Made by a program: the position numbers and the translations under genes
DNA from: Lama glama
Taxonomy: Eukaryota
Length of the DNA: 64,000 nucleotides
Assembly: GCA_028534125.1 (NCBI GenBank)
Contig: CM052816.1
Coordinates: 22,136,001-22,200,000 of the forward strand
Direction of reading: 5' to 3'
The notes under the pieces: model-generated
Databases searched by the model: none
The model's input: only the letters and a program-made list of their open reading frames with translations
Told to the model about the DNA's origin: nothing
In this document: one piece after another, positions 1 to 13,162 of the stretch
Layout of the letters: every line of letters starts with the position of its first letter
Position numbering within the stretch: position 1 is the first letter of the stretch

Positions 1-1141
1 ATTTTTTAAATTAAAGATTTCTTTTTTCAATCATGTTTACATATCTAGATACAGATATGTATTTTATTGAGCAAATCTTGATTTTTTGGTAAAAAATAAT
101 ACATTATTTTAAAACTTTACAGTAGGTTTGCATATAGTGTGTAGCATACTTGACTGATTATTGTATATTCAGAGTTTATTTTTTTGTTTGTATGTGAGTT
201 AGTGAAAAATGCCTGATACAACTGCACAATGTAGGGAGAAGTAGAAGCATGGTGGTGCCTTTTTATTGTTCCTTCGGTTTCACTTGTTCTAATTATAGAA
301 GCTTACATCACCTTAGTTGATGAGGAAGGCTTCCCTCTCCCTCTTTGCCTTTTCTTCCTCCATCAGTCCCTAAGGATAGATCATATTTCATACTGCATAT
401 GTGTCCTGCTGGTGGCTCTGACAGGATTTTCAACAGCGTGGTGCTGATCATTTAGTGGACATAGATGACAGTGTACTTCAGCACACTGTTTCTTACAGAA
501 TAGGAAGAGAGTGTTAGTACTCTGGCTTCCCTTTCTTCAGAAAGGATGAGGAATACATTGGATGCAGTTTGAAAGCAGAAATTCCAGAGGGGCACCAGTA
601 ATTAGAGTTAACCATGTCTGATAACTACAAGGATGCATTTCAGATGTTCAAGTTAAGCAAGGGGTTGGGGGAGGAATAGAAAAGCTTGCTATGATCCTTT
701 AAAAGGGATTGTATGTTACCTCTGACATGGTAGAGTGTCATTTATTTGTTCATTTTCCAAAACAGTTAAAAGTATTTTTCCTACGTAAATCAGTACATTT
801 AACAGTTTATATTTCAGAGATTAAATGCTTACAACTAAAATGCAGAAATTAATGGACTGCTTGTTTTATTTTGTAAAACTACATAATTTTCCTTTTGTTC
901 CTCACCTTCTTTTGAGTTTGGCTTCTTTAAATTATGATTATATTATTTCTCTGTGCAAATGGGGAATAAACTGTATGACTCTGCCTGAGATTATTACAAA
1001 CCAGGTTTTTATTAATATTGGGGGTTTTTTTTGCTTTTCATAATGTCTGGAATGTAAATCTTCTGATATCTTACCTTAATCTATGATGATTTTTTTTCGT
1101 CTTTCAGTGATGTTACTTAATGAAAAAAGATACATTTATAG

Positions 1142-1169
1142 ATTATAAATCAATAAAAAAATTAAAAAA
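1142..1169 (+). mobile_element. Extremely 5'-truncated young L1 3' tail
   Basis: attataaatcaataaaaaaattaaaaaa matches the tail of the L1 copies at 13110, 6680 and 38455. TSD atacatttatag at 1130-1141 and 1170-1181. Confidence 0.7.
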
Positions 1170-4100
1170 ATACATTTATAGTTTACTAACTGTTAAAACC
1201 TCATTGGCTTTCTATACAAGATGATTTCAGATGTTCTGCTTTGTCTTTTTGTTTAGAAATAATTTATAGTTATATTTTATATTAGTTTATATAATTTATA
1301 AAATAAATATATAAAATAATTCAATTATTTATATAGCATTTACATTTTTATAAAAATGTATAATGGTTTGAAGCTTTACAAAGCCAGCATACATTGATTG
1401 CTTTATTTGTTAGTAGTTTGAAAGACCTTTTTAAACCTAAAGATTTCATCGGTATGCCTTAGCATCACAGTATTTCATATTCAGAGGAAATGCATTCTTA
1501 AATGACTGTCCTTTGGTGTAGATTCCTAGTAATGTGTTGATCAGGGCATTCCCCTTTGTTGCAGTTACTTCATTTGAATTGGTGAGAATATGAAATGGAG
1601 ATCACAAGAAAATTTTTAAAGTACTGGAAGTGAAAAATCATTTATTCACATAATCATGTATTTTAGTTATTTGATAAATTACTGACTTCAAAATATGTTT
1701 GTTTTTTTTTTGTTCAGTAAGTAAGAGAGTAGTCATTATTTCTGAAGACACAATGTGGTATAGTGTATCATCAGAGTGGTGGTGGGTTCACCTGCTCAAT
1801 ATAGAATTTGGCCTGTTTGTTTGTTTCATGGTATTGTTGCACGGAGAGATTTTGCATGCTAGGCTTACCATACAATTCGCTAGAACGGCAGATTCTATGA
1901 GATGATTGGTAGAACAAGGAAAAGGATGAGGTCATCTTCACTTACAGGCCAATCTAAAGGAAAAGAGAGTTTGTTCTTTTGTGGTGGTGTTTGCTACAGT
2001 AGTTCTAACATATAACATTAGTGGATTGCATTTCATACACAGGGCAGAGGTTTTTTTTTCTTTTTTTTTTTTAAGCAGCTAAGAGGTGCTGTCTGTCTTG
2101 CTCAGCTTGAGGTCCTCCTTTGTGTGCTATCAGCATGATTTATAAAAAGGAGGAAAGATGCCCATTAGGATTTTGCTTTTTTCATTTGATTGTAACTTAT
2201 CCTGTTGGTACTGTATGTGAATATAATGATTGTCTGGCATTGAAACTGAAATGTTCTTAAGTCATGCTAATGTTTGTGTACAGAATGCTCGTCTTTTAGG
2301 AAGTTATCTTTAGGAAATGTTTGGTTTCATTTACACACAAGGTGCCTACTGTCATTTTTCCATTTTTAAAAATGAGTGTTAAAATTAGATTTTAGTTTAT
2401 TCTTGAATGCTTAACATTTTGTTGAAATTCCAACCTATTGTAGTTTATTTAAATTAATTAAATGGAAAAAAATACATTGGTACTTGAAAATCAACCTGTG
2501 CATATTTTCCATATCTTAGGTTTATAAATTAGAGTCATTGTTATTTGTTTTTCTTAGAATTAATTTTATATTTAAATATGTATTTTGTGTATTTTTTGAA
2601 ATTTTCTCAGAAAGCAAATAATGGTTAAGTTTTATGGATACCCAAGTTTATAAATGATCACTTACTGTGAAAGTGTGACTTGTCTTTTATTCAGTGTAAT
2701 ACTTAATTTTTCTAAAGTCATTTCTAGTCTTATAAGTAGTAGCATAATTCAGAGTGGCAATGTAGTGTTGTTCAGAAAAGTGAATATACTTTGCCCAGAG
2801 GTATTGAAAAACTATTTATTTGGTTTTTTGTTTGTTTGTTTTTGGCTAATGACACGGTATTTCTCTCTCTGACAGTCAGTAGAGTCCTTTGTAATAACAC
2901 CTGTCTCTCATGTAATTTAAATTTCTCCTCTAAGGTGCATACCTTTTCCCCTCAAAACAGTGGTAGATGAATAAAGCAAGATAGTTTTATTACTTTGATA
3001 TATTCATTGATGTTACTCTCATAATTTTGCTGCCTGGAGGCATACTGACTGTATTTTGCCATTGGAAACTATGTTTTACTTGGACTGTTGGGAGGCACCA
3101 TTACAAACCTTTAGTGTAAACTCTTTGTGGGAGTGTCTATCTACATTAGATACCTTGTGGCAGAATCTGAAGACTAAGAAGGGTACTAGAGGAATTGTGT
3201 TTTTAGTTTGGACAGGGTGTGTGGTAAGAAAGAAATTTTTTTTCCTGTTATTTTTGTAGAAAAATGGTATTTCATTTTAGTCCAAGCTCAGTTTGAAGCA
3301 GGTTGAATCATTTTCTTTCTGATTCCTTCTGAATTTTACTTCCATTCCAGTCTCTTTCTAGGAATTTAGTGTTGGGCTGTATGTAGGAAGGTACCATATT
3401 GCATAGAATATTCTTCCTTAGAGGGATTAGTGCATGCTGCAAGTCAGCTGTTGTGCCTGTGGGTTTTTTTTCTTCTCAGCTATCCTCTGCAAAATGAAAT
3501 TCTGTTGTTTTCATTTAAATTTGCTATTTACATACAAATCTTAGTATCAGTTTGATATTTTTAATGTTAATTTAAGGTGGTCTTGAAGATTATACCTTTC
3601 CAGAAGTTATTTGATAAATAAGTTTTGCAAGCAGAAACCCATGAAATATTAGTAGTGTTATGAATGAATACATATGTGACATCTGAGAACTAGTCTGCCT
3701 TCTGCTTTTGCAGTGCAGGAGTGTCTTACCAGAGCTAATTATTTTCCCTTGGGAGGACAATACTCTGTTAAATTTGAATAATAATGTTAGGAAGTGTGGC
3801 ATCCCAAATAAAGCAGTCTATCAGTGCATGGAAGTAAAAATCAAAGAGATTTTAAAAACTGAAATAGATGCTTAAGCCATTTTTTTTTTCTTACAGAATT
3901 TAGCTTGCTGACATGTCTCACAGAAGGGTGTGTGTGTTTTCAATAAATTGCTCTTGGGGCTGCATCTGCAGATACAGTAGCCAATTGATCTAATGCAGTT
4001 TCTGAAGGCTTTCTATACAGGTGATGTCATCCTTTTAGCTCTATTCTCCTCCCACTCTCTTTCCTTCTTATTAGATATTTCATCTTACTGCAGAGCATAG

Positions 4101-4990
4101 AATCAATAGGAGCTTCTCCTTAGGGAGCTGCTGTGAAACAGGCAAGGACAGTAGGAATTAGGACACTAACATACAGTCTTGCTTTAGCAGAAGATGTAGT
4201 GTTTTTGTATGATATCATAAATTTTCAACCAGAAAAGCCAGACTTAGATCAGCACTACTGTCTTACTGATGCATTAGAACAAGAAGCAGTGCTGCAGAGC
4301 TGTAAATAGTGCATTTGAAAAGAGAAATTTTTAATTTTGGAGATTCTCAGGCATTCTACAGAACAAACCTGTTAGAGCATATATCTTCTAACTACCATTT
4401 GCTCAACGGTTGATTTTTTTTTTTTTGAACCTCTGGTGATTAACAATATAAAGAAGAAACTTTCATCTTAAGGATACAATGTTCTGGTTTGCTTCTGATG
4501 CAGAAGAATTACTGCAGTGTTTACTCTACAGAATGAAATAAGTTGAAGAAAAGAAAGCTGTATTACAGAAAGGAAAGGTTTCTCAGAATTCAGGAACACA
4601 GATTTGGTGCATGTTGCCTTATTTGCTTTGATTCATACTGTATTAACTGTTGTGTTACCACACTGTGTGCATGTCTGTGCCAGGTGCCTGAGGAAGCATG
4701 TGTATGTCTGTGTGTTCTAAGCCAGAAATATAAACATCTTGCTTTACTGTAATTTGCTTGTTAAAAGTGAACATTTTGATGAAAACTGTTGCAGTTATTT
4801 AGAAGCTAAATTCTAAGCTACTGAAAGCTCCTGATTTCAGTTTGAAAGGGATTTGGAGAAGCTGTTTTTACACTGCAGTTTACACTGCAAATGGTGCATG
4901 ATTTGTAAAAAAAGAAACTTAGAATTTTGTCAACATACTCATCGGTGTGGGTCTGGTTTGAAAAGGAAACTATCCTTTCCAGCTCAGGAA

Positions 4991-5044
4991 ATGGCTTTTC
5001 TTGTTCGCTGTTATGCCAATTGTCTTCAGCCATGGGCCTCCAAA
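4991..5044 (+). CDS. RAPGEF6: Probable alternative (internal) first coding exon of RAPGEF6, MAFLVRCYANCLQPWASK
   Basis: ATG at 4991 in strong Kozak context (gaaATGG). 18 open codons end at a consensus donor AAA|gtaagt (5045), phase 0, which matches the phase-0 exon at 16613. No transcript evidence available. Confidence 0.7.
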
Positions 5045-6665
5045 GTAAGTAATTGTTTTTTTTTTTCTTTGAGATTGATATTATCTAGCTGTTACATTCA
5101 AGTCCTATTTTGAATTGCAAATAAGCTTTATTGTACTATTATATTTTCCAAACTTTAAAAAATAAGAACTGTAAAGCAATCTAAAAAGCTCAACCTCTTG
5201 GCCATTTTGTTTTTCAGTTTAAAGGAATCTCTGAACTATTCTAATGTACCTGATAGAGAATTTTAAAAATACTTTCTTAATAATCTACAGACTTAAAATG
5301 CAATACATTTGAAATGTACTGTCTTCGGACTGAATCATCATTTGTTTATGGCTATTTCTGTACTTCCCTGTGATCTTACTCTTACTTGAATGTATTGTAT
5401 TTACTCACTTCCTTAAATGGTATATTTAGCTATGCTAGTCTCATCTATAGTCATAGGACGTTTTTCACTGATAGGGTACTGTCAAGTAAATTATTGAATT
5501 ACATTATTTTATGAAGACTGGGTAATAATTCTTAAGCAGTGAAATAATAAGAAAATATTATGAAAAGCAGTTACAAGAAAATATTTTAATAATGTTCCTT
5601 TTATTTTCAAAATAGTAGTAAGTGAACCATTAGTAGCTTGAAATTGCTTAAGATCATCTGTTATACTTGTCATTTTAAAACAAACATATTAACTCACAGA
5701 AATGCAAAATGCTACACAACAGGATATGCTTGGTTTTAGGAAAGTATAAAGTGTGATTTAATAAATTGTATTGTTCATAGTGGCTTTTTATATAGATCTA
5801 GAATTTGAGGCCACTTATCTTTCCTGTTATATAAATTTCAAAACAGAAGTGTGAATTTTTAGTTGTGTTTTAGTAAACATTTTAATTGTAACATTGGCTG
5901 TGTTAAGATTTCTTTATGGTCCTGTTGAATAGAGACAGGCACCATACAAGCATTTCTTAGGATGAGCTGAAATCATGTCTTTGTTTAAAGATTGTCCTAT
6001 TGATGGTGACTAAGGAAGAAATACTATGATAGCATCATGGTGTACTGTTTATCTGAAAGATAGCTCATTGGATGTCTTTCTTAAAGGCACCTTCTGGAAG
6101 AACTTTTAAATTCACTGTCCATTTGGCAAACTGCTGATTAAAATATAAAGAGATGGGAAGAAGCCTAGGTACACGCTTCGTTTGTACTATTATCTAGTAA
6201 GGCGTGGATGGTCTCTTTAGTGGAAATGCCACCTGTGGGATCCTATGGATTGCTGATGCTTGGCACTGAGGTTTAAAACAACATATAGAAGGGGAATAGA
6301 TGAGACCAGGTTTAAAAAAATTCAAAGGAAAGAATGAGATATAGGAGTTGTTCTTTAGAATACTAACAAAAAATAGCCTTTGGGTGTACCGGTATCCAAC
6401 TTTTGATTAAAGGTTTAACAAGTGTGGAAGAGCCAAAGAGGATTTTAAATACCAGATTTTTTAAGGTTCCATTAAATGCCTACAGATATTATCTGAGCAG
6501 CATGTTGTGATTTGTACTTTACTGTGTAGATTAAGTATTTATAATAAAGTACATGTTTCCTCCCCTACCCCTTCCATGTTACTATTAATAAAATTTTAAC
6601 TGTGGCTTGTGATTAAGCATATTAAGTTGGTGATTAACTTTTCATACTTGCTACTTTGGTTTTCT

Positions 6666-6720
6666 TTCTTTTTTTTAACTTTTTTTTATTGATTTATAAT
6701 CATTTTACAATGTTGTGTCA
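6666..6720 (-). mobile_element. Young L1 3'-end stub
   Basis: ttttattgatttataatcattttacaatgttgtgtca is the reverse complement of the L1 tail at about 13088-13125. Perfect 14-bp TSD tactttggttttct (6652-6665, 6721-6734). Confidence 0.85.
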
Positions 6721-6820
6721 TACTTTGGTTTTCTAATACATCTATTACTGACCTTACTTATTAGTTTGTTTTTGCCCATACTGCTACTTTGATTTCATTA
6801 CTTCTGAATTCATTTAGTTT

Positions 6821-6927
6821 ATTTTTTTTCAATTGAAGTATAGTCAGTTTACAAAGTTGTGTCAGTTTCTGGTGTATAGCACAATGCTTCTTCAGTCATA
6901 CATGAATATACATATATTTGTTTACAT
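6821..6927 (-). mobile_element. L1 3'-end stub (different artiodactyl/camelid subfamily)
   Basis: ttttcaattgaagtatagtcagtttacaaagttgtgtcagtttctggtgtatagca. Perfect 13-bp TSD attcatttagttt (6808-6820, 6928-6940). Confidence 0.8.
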
Positions 6928-8896
6928 ATTCATTTAGTTTCTTGGTAAAATAAATAGTTCTAGCAGCAATGTTCAAAATGCTTTCTTTTATATTTACCCT
7001 TCAAATAATTCTTTAGTTCTATATAAAAATAATAAATCTAAAGTCTTTTCCCTGTAGCACTTTGAAAAAGTTAATGTGCTTTCTTCCAGCATCCAACATT
7101 GGTGATGAGAAGTCTGGGATTCTTGTAATTGTTCCTGTGTTAAGTAATCTCCTTTTCTTCTTATTGGTTGTTAGTTGTGTCAAATTTGCTTCAATTTGTT
7201 TTATTTTTTATTCTTGGTGCCGTAAAGTTTTACCATGGATTATCTAACTTTTTGTTTTGTTTCCCCTTCTTGGCTGTTGAAAGTCTCTCTTAAGATGAAG
7301 ATTCCCATTTGTCTTCAGTTGTGAGAAATTTGGTGTTTTTTTTGTTTGTTTGTTTGTTTTTGTTTTTTTTTTTCTTGAAAACTGCAAGTCTTTTTCTCTT
7401 GTCACTCCTGGTATTGGAACCCTGGATCTGTCCATTTGTTTCATACTTTTTTCTCACTCGGTGCATTCCCAGTTTGATATTCTGGCTTATTAACTCATTC
7501 TGCATTTGTGACCAACTGCTGTCCTGCTATTTATCTTTTAAATTTCTAAATTGAATCATTGTTACTTATTTCTGAAATCTCTTAAGTGATGCTTTTTCAC
7601 AACCATCCTTTGGAATAACTTGTATTCACTTTATGGATCCTATTTTTCGTCATTTTCATATTAGGTCTTTCTTCAAGTTTAGATTTTTCTCTTTCGTTGA
7701 ATTTTGTTGTTGTTGTTTTCTTTCAGACAGTTGCTTTTCTTGAGTGATTCTTAGTTGAGAGCTCACCTTCCTGGTCTGTTACGGTGCTTGCCCTAAGTGA
7801 TTGTTGACTGGATGGAGGAGGCATTACCCCTTTGACTTCCCGTTTCCTTCTTTAGATGCTCCTACAGTCACTGACCTAGGAAGTGCTTCCTTTCTCACTT
7901 TTACTCACAGCTACATCTATAGGTAATTTCTTGACCCCTACCTCACTTGACCTATCTGCAAAATTTGACACAACTGATCACTTCTTCCTTCTTGACATTG
8001 TTTCTTCAGAGTAAAAGTCATCCGAGACTTGCTGGACAGTGTGTGATCTCTTCCCTTTCCCTTATCTTCTACTCCCTTTCTCCTTGTTCCCTCCAACCTA
8101 CTTTGGTTTCCTTGCTTGTCCTCAGACTTACCAGGCATTCTTAAAACTGATTGCCTCTTTTCTCAACAATTCTATTTGCACTTTTAACAAACTCACTATT
8201 AAGTGCAAATATTGATTGAAAGCTGCTCTGTGGTTTTAAAAATGTTAAAGTGGGGAGAAATCTGTCTTAGAATTGAAAAACTCTAATACTTGTTGAGTTA
8301 TTTAAATGTCCCTGCCCCAGCCCTCATCTTTTAGTAAAAATGAGTTGGGAATGCATATTTCCTCTGTAATTTCACATGCCTCAGGCACAGTAGTGGTTGA
8401 TGTGTATACCCAAGGCTCCAGTGATTAAATGTAGCTATTTCCTTTATGACTTTTGAGAAATTTAGACTACCTCCATAAAACAGGCTCCAGACTGCTTTTG
8501 GGGACTTAGGGTGTATTTTTAACTCTCTCTCCCTGTTAGCTGATACTACTGTGGTATGTCACTCTGTCTAGTCCTAGAAGCTTCTTTATAATTCTGGTGA
8601 CTTGCTTTTGATTTCATAAGGCCTCCGTCTTTTTGTGCCTTGACTAATGTTTCCTGTCTCCCATATGTATGATTTTCTTCCATTTCGTCTTCTTTGCTTC
8701 TAGAGTAATGTTTTTCAAAAGCATATTTCTTCCATTTATTTTCATGCTTAAAACTTTTCTAGTACAAGAAATCTAAGCATCCCAAAATGCTATAACTGGC
8801 CCTTCATCTCTCGTATCTTCCTATATACATCCCTACCTGAGCTACATGGGTTTACTTATTGTTTCCTGAATGCATCATGCTTATTCAAGCCTGTGA

Positions 8897-9180
8897 CCTA
8901 ATATTGTTCAACAGAAATGTAATGTGAATTACGTATGTAATTTTAAACCTTTTGGTAGCCATATTTTAAAAATTTAAGGTAAAATTTATGTGATAATGTG
9001 TCCAGTAAGTTTTCTTCAATATGTAGTAAAAATACAGTAATTATTAATGAAATATTTACTTTAAAAAAAACCTAAATCCAGATTTGCATTTTGTATTTGA
9101 CAGCATGTCTCAGTTTGACTAGCCACGCTTCAAGTTCTCAGTAGCCCTGTGTAACCAGGGCTGTCATGTTGGATGTTACA
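8897..9180. mobile_element. hAT-Charlie MITE (MER3/MER33-like)
   Basis: ...aattttaaaccttttggtagccata...actagccacgcttcaagttctcagtagcc. Related to 17150-17410. Confidence 0.65.
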
Positions 9181-12100
9181 ATTCTGGGTCTCTGTCAGGA
9201 CTATTTAGTACATTTAGTCTGCTCTTTACCCCTGGGGAGAATGAGATCTTCCTAGGTTGCTTTTGTTATTTTAGTATTTTAATTGTTTTTCTTAAATCTC
9301 TCAAAACCCTGATTTTTATCGCTGTTATCACTAACACCAGGTATACCCTAAGGGCTCCTTATTCAGTGATTGGGGAATTAGAACATCAAGCTTGTTAAAA
9401 ATTTATTTATATTTACAGCAAATGAGTGTATAGTTATGAAATGCCTTCCTGTGAGTGGCAAACAGGAACTTACAGACTTCATAATGTGCCCAAGAATCAT
9501 CTTTATTTCTTGATATTTTTAAGATTTTTGAATAAGTGATTTCTGGATACTCACAGTGCTTCTGTATCAGGCAGCTACATTTTAAAAAGCAAGTTCTAAC
9601 AGTGCAATTTGGAATTTAATAGTGATCTTTGAGGAATGCTGTTCTCTTAGGAAATTGTGCAGTTTTTAAATGACTTTTGCTAATTTCTTCAGCCATTGAG
9701 CCTTTTTCCCCACAGTATGTCCATGAGTTTTATCTCCTGAAATAGTATCCCAGAGTGTGCAGTTTAGGAAGTGCTACTTCCACTGAAATACTGAATGTAT
9801 CTGTGCTGAGACTTTATCTGTTCAGATATCCATGGAACCCTCCTGAGCAGCAGTGACAGTGTTTAGAAGTCAAATATTCATGCAGTTGTTCTTCGAATAC
9901 TTAATGAACAGGTATTTTATGTGGGATAGGCATCACTTTGCTAGCCCTTCATTAGGTAGAAATGTGAAATGTAAATATATAACAATATGTTTATGTTTAT
10001 ATATAATATACATATGCGATAGGAATATATAGAGTGTGAGTACTGCATTCAAAGGATTGGAATGAAAACACAAGTATTTCACTTCCCATTCATTCCTCAG
10101 CTTCCCCTACAACTCCTTATGTTGGGAGTATATGTCGTTACCTCATTTATGTCACTTTTTACTCTGTTTCCAATGCTTGTAAGTTAAATGTTTATTATAA
10201 GCCCAACTTTGTATACCAGGTATTCAATATTTGTCATGTTCTCTCAAGGAATTCTAATAAATCTCATCTTTGAAATTTAATACTTCCATCATTACAGAAA
10301 GTTAGAATGTGTACTGTGTGTATAGCAACCCTTAGTTGCTACGGGTTACAGAATCTCAAACATTCCAGTGTTTGTGGCCACTTTTAAATAAGGTAGGAGA
10401 AAATTGCCTTAGCATATATGTGTATATATTTGTTTTCAGTTTTGAAATTTTTCAAATAATCTATTTATAGAAATAATAGGGGAATTCTTTTCCGTATGAA
10501 AATAAAACATTTCAGCTAGATGTTACAAATGAAGCTAAAATTCCTTTTGGACCACCACCCTTGATCTTTTACCTTCACTAGAGAGTGCTGCTATAGATTA
10601 TCTAGTATATATTCCTCTAAATCTTTACCCCTAAACCTAGATAAGTATATACAAAGAAAATATAAAATATTATTTTTATGCTTTTAAAAAACTGAGTCAT
10701 ATCTTTTATATTTATCATGAAAGTTGCTTTTTAAATCAGTACATCTTGGAGTCCTATCCAGGTTTGAACATTCAGACCTCCTTTGGACCGTTGCATTGTA
10801 TTTCATATTAAGCTGTATTACACTTCAGCTGTTATCCCTGCAGTACTTGTTTTATCTTTCCTTTTAACTATTACAAATATTGTTTGTAATGAATGTCCTT
10901 GTACATTCTTCCTTGTGCACCTATATGCTTCTTTAGGGTAAGTACTCAAAGAGGAATTGTTAATTTATAAGATTTATGTATTTTAAATGTAGTAAATCTT
11001 GCATTTGCTCCTCAAAGTAGCTACTTCTCAAATTACTCTCCAGGGTAGCTCTACTAATTCATAACTCCCATCAGCCACTTATGAGAATATTGTCTTCCTC
11101 CGTAGCCTTGCCCATATTTTGTATTATCAAATTTTCTTTTTGCCAGTCTGATGGGGGGGGAAGTTATTTGTATTAATTTTTATTTCCCTGGTTGCTGGCC
11201 CTGTGTAACAGCCTCTTCCAGCTGTTTCTTCTGCTGCTGCTGTTAAGTGGCCTCATGTTGAGATGGCAGAGCCCAGACCAAAGCAGCCTGGATATCTGGA
11301 GATCAAGACCTGTGGGATAAGTTAAAGCCATGCCTAGAGGCCATTTTATAGCTCTAATATGAGTATTTAAAAAGGCAGCAGAAAATCAAAGAGCTGCCTA
11401 TAAATGGTTTCAATAATAAAGAAGACAGGATTATGTTTCAGCTCAAAAATCTCCCTCCCACTTAGTTTCTATTTTTCAGATACAAAGAAAAGATCACATC
11501 TAGGAACGAAGTAGATGGAAATGCAAAGACTGAGTATAGTTTTTAAATGACAAATGTTTGGTTGGGATGTCAGGATGGGGAAGATATTCTATATTCCAAG
11601 ATTTCTGTAGAGATAAGACCAAGGATAAGGAGGTAATCCATAAAAGTTAACACAGTGAATCAAACCCAGAAGAGCAAGTCTACAAATTGGCTTCATAATG
11701 ATACTTCAGATGTACTGAGCGATCTTCATCCTTACTAGACCCTAAATGGCAAACATTATTTTTATCTCTACCTTACTGATAAAGAACTGGGGCAGTGAGA
11801 TTAAGCAAATTGCCCCAAATCTCACACTGAAGTAAGTAATGGAATTGGAATTTAAATCCAGGTTTATCTGAGTCTGCTTCTCTCTGCAATACTTTACTTT
11901 GTGTCAGGAATTCTGTTGGTAACATAAAGATGAAAAGAGATGGTTCCTAGCTTCAAGGAGCTCCCTCTAACAGTGTAGATTAGACACAGATTTATAAGCG
12001 TACAGATCTGTTTATAATTCATAAAGAGAACAGATCTTCATATAGGAATCCTCTCAACTTCTTTATCTGATGGGAATAATAATGATGGTGATTGAAGCTA

Positions 12101-12896
12101 ACATTTGAGTGTTCACATGTACCAAATATGTAAACTGTAGCAAATATATCCTACATGAGTTTTTACAAAGGCTAATTTGAATAAGGGCTGCTGCAAATTT
12201 AAGAATAGTGAGTAAAATAAAAATGATGAATGTAATGTAGGACTAATGCTTATTAGAGCTAGGATTGCTTCTCTTATTAAATGAACTAATAGGTAAATGC
12301 TATTATTATACCCAATTTACAGATTAGGAAACCATGGTCTGGAGAACTTATGAAGGTTGCCTTTGGTCATATAGCTAGGAAATAAGGGTACCAAAATCTG
12401 AAACCCAGGGTGCCTTACTATAAATCCATTGTTCTTTCCTACTAACTTGTTTTCTGTTATCAAGCTAGAAATTCGTAACACCCAGTAGTTACTGTTTTCC
12501 TTATAACTAAGGAAACAAAGGAAGATATTTTTCCTTCAGTAGGAATTGTTGATTTCTTAAACCTTCTCCTCTGTCGATCAGTTCATCTGCCTTTTTTTCC
12601 TTTTCTTCCTGACCCCAGCCAGGGCTTAACAGCTGACTTTTCATGAGCAACCTCAGTTCACTCATCTGCCAGACTACCAGGTCTTGCAAACTTTCCTATT
12701 TTCCACACCCATTTCCTATACGTGAATTTCTGAGGTCCACTGGAGCTCACCTGTTCATAAGAACGAATGCCAAAAGTTTTATTTGGAGGCTGGGAAGGCT
12801 TCTAAGCTAACAGCTTGAATACAGACATAGATGATTAAAATACATAGTTTCTTGAAGACTATGTATACATATGAGGGAAAGATTTACATTAAGAAG

Positions 12897-13162
12897 GTTG
12901 CCAGGAGGGTGGAGGGTGGGAAGGGATAGACTGGGATTTTGAAATTGTAGAATAGATAAACAAGATTACACTGTATAGCACAGGAAAATATACACAAAAT
13001 GTTATGATAACTCACAGAGAAAAAAATGTGACAATGAGTGTGTATATGTCCATGAATGACTGAAAAATGGTGCTGAACACTGGAATTTGACACAACATTG
13101 TAAAATGACTATAAATCAATAAAAAATGTTTTAAAAAAATAAAAAAACCTCAAAAAAAAAAA
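12897..13162 (+). mobile_element. Young L1 3' UTR fragment with poly(A) tail
   Basis: G-rich tract, ...ctgtatagcacaggaaaatata..., AATAAA at 13118 and A-rich tail. Near-identical to the inverted copy at 38437-38572. Confidence 0.85.
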
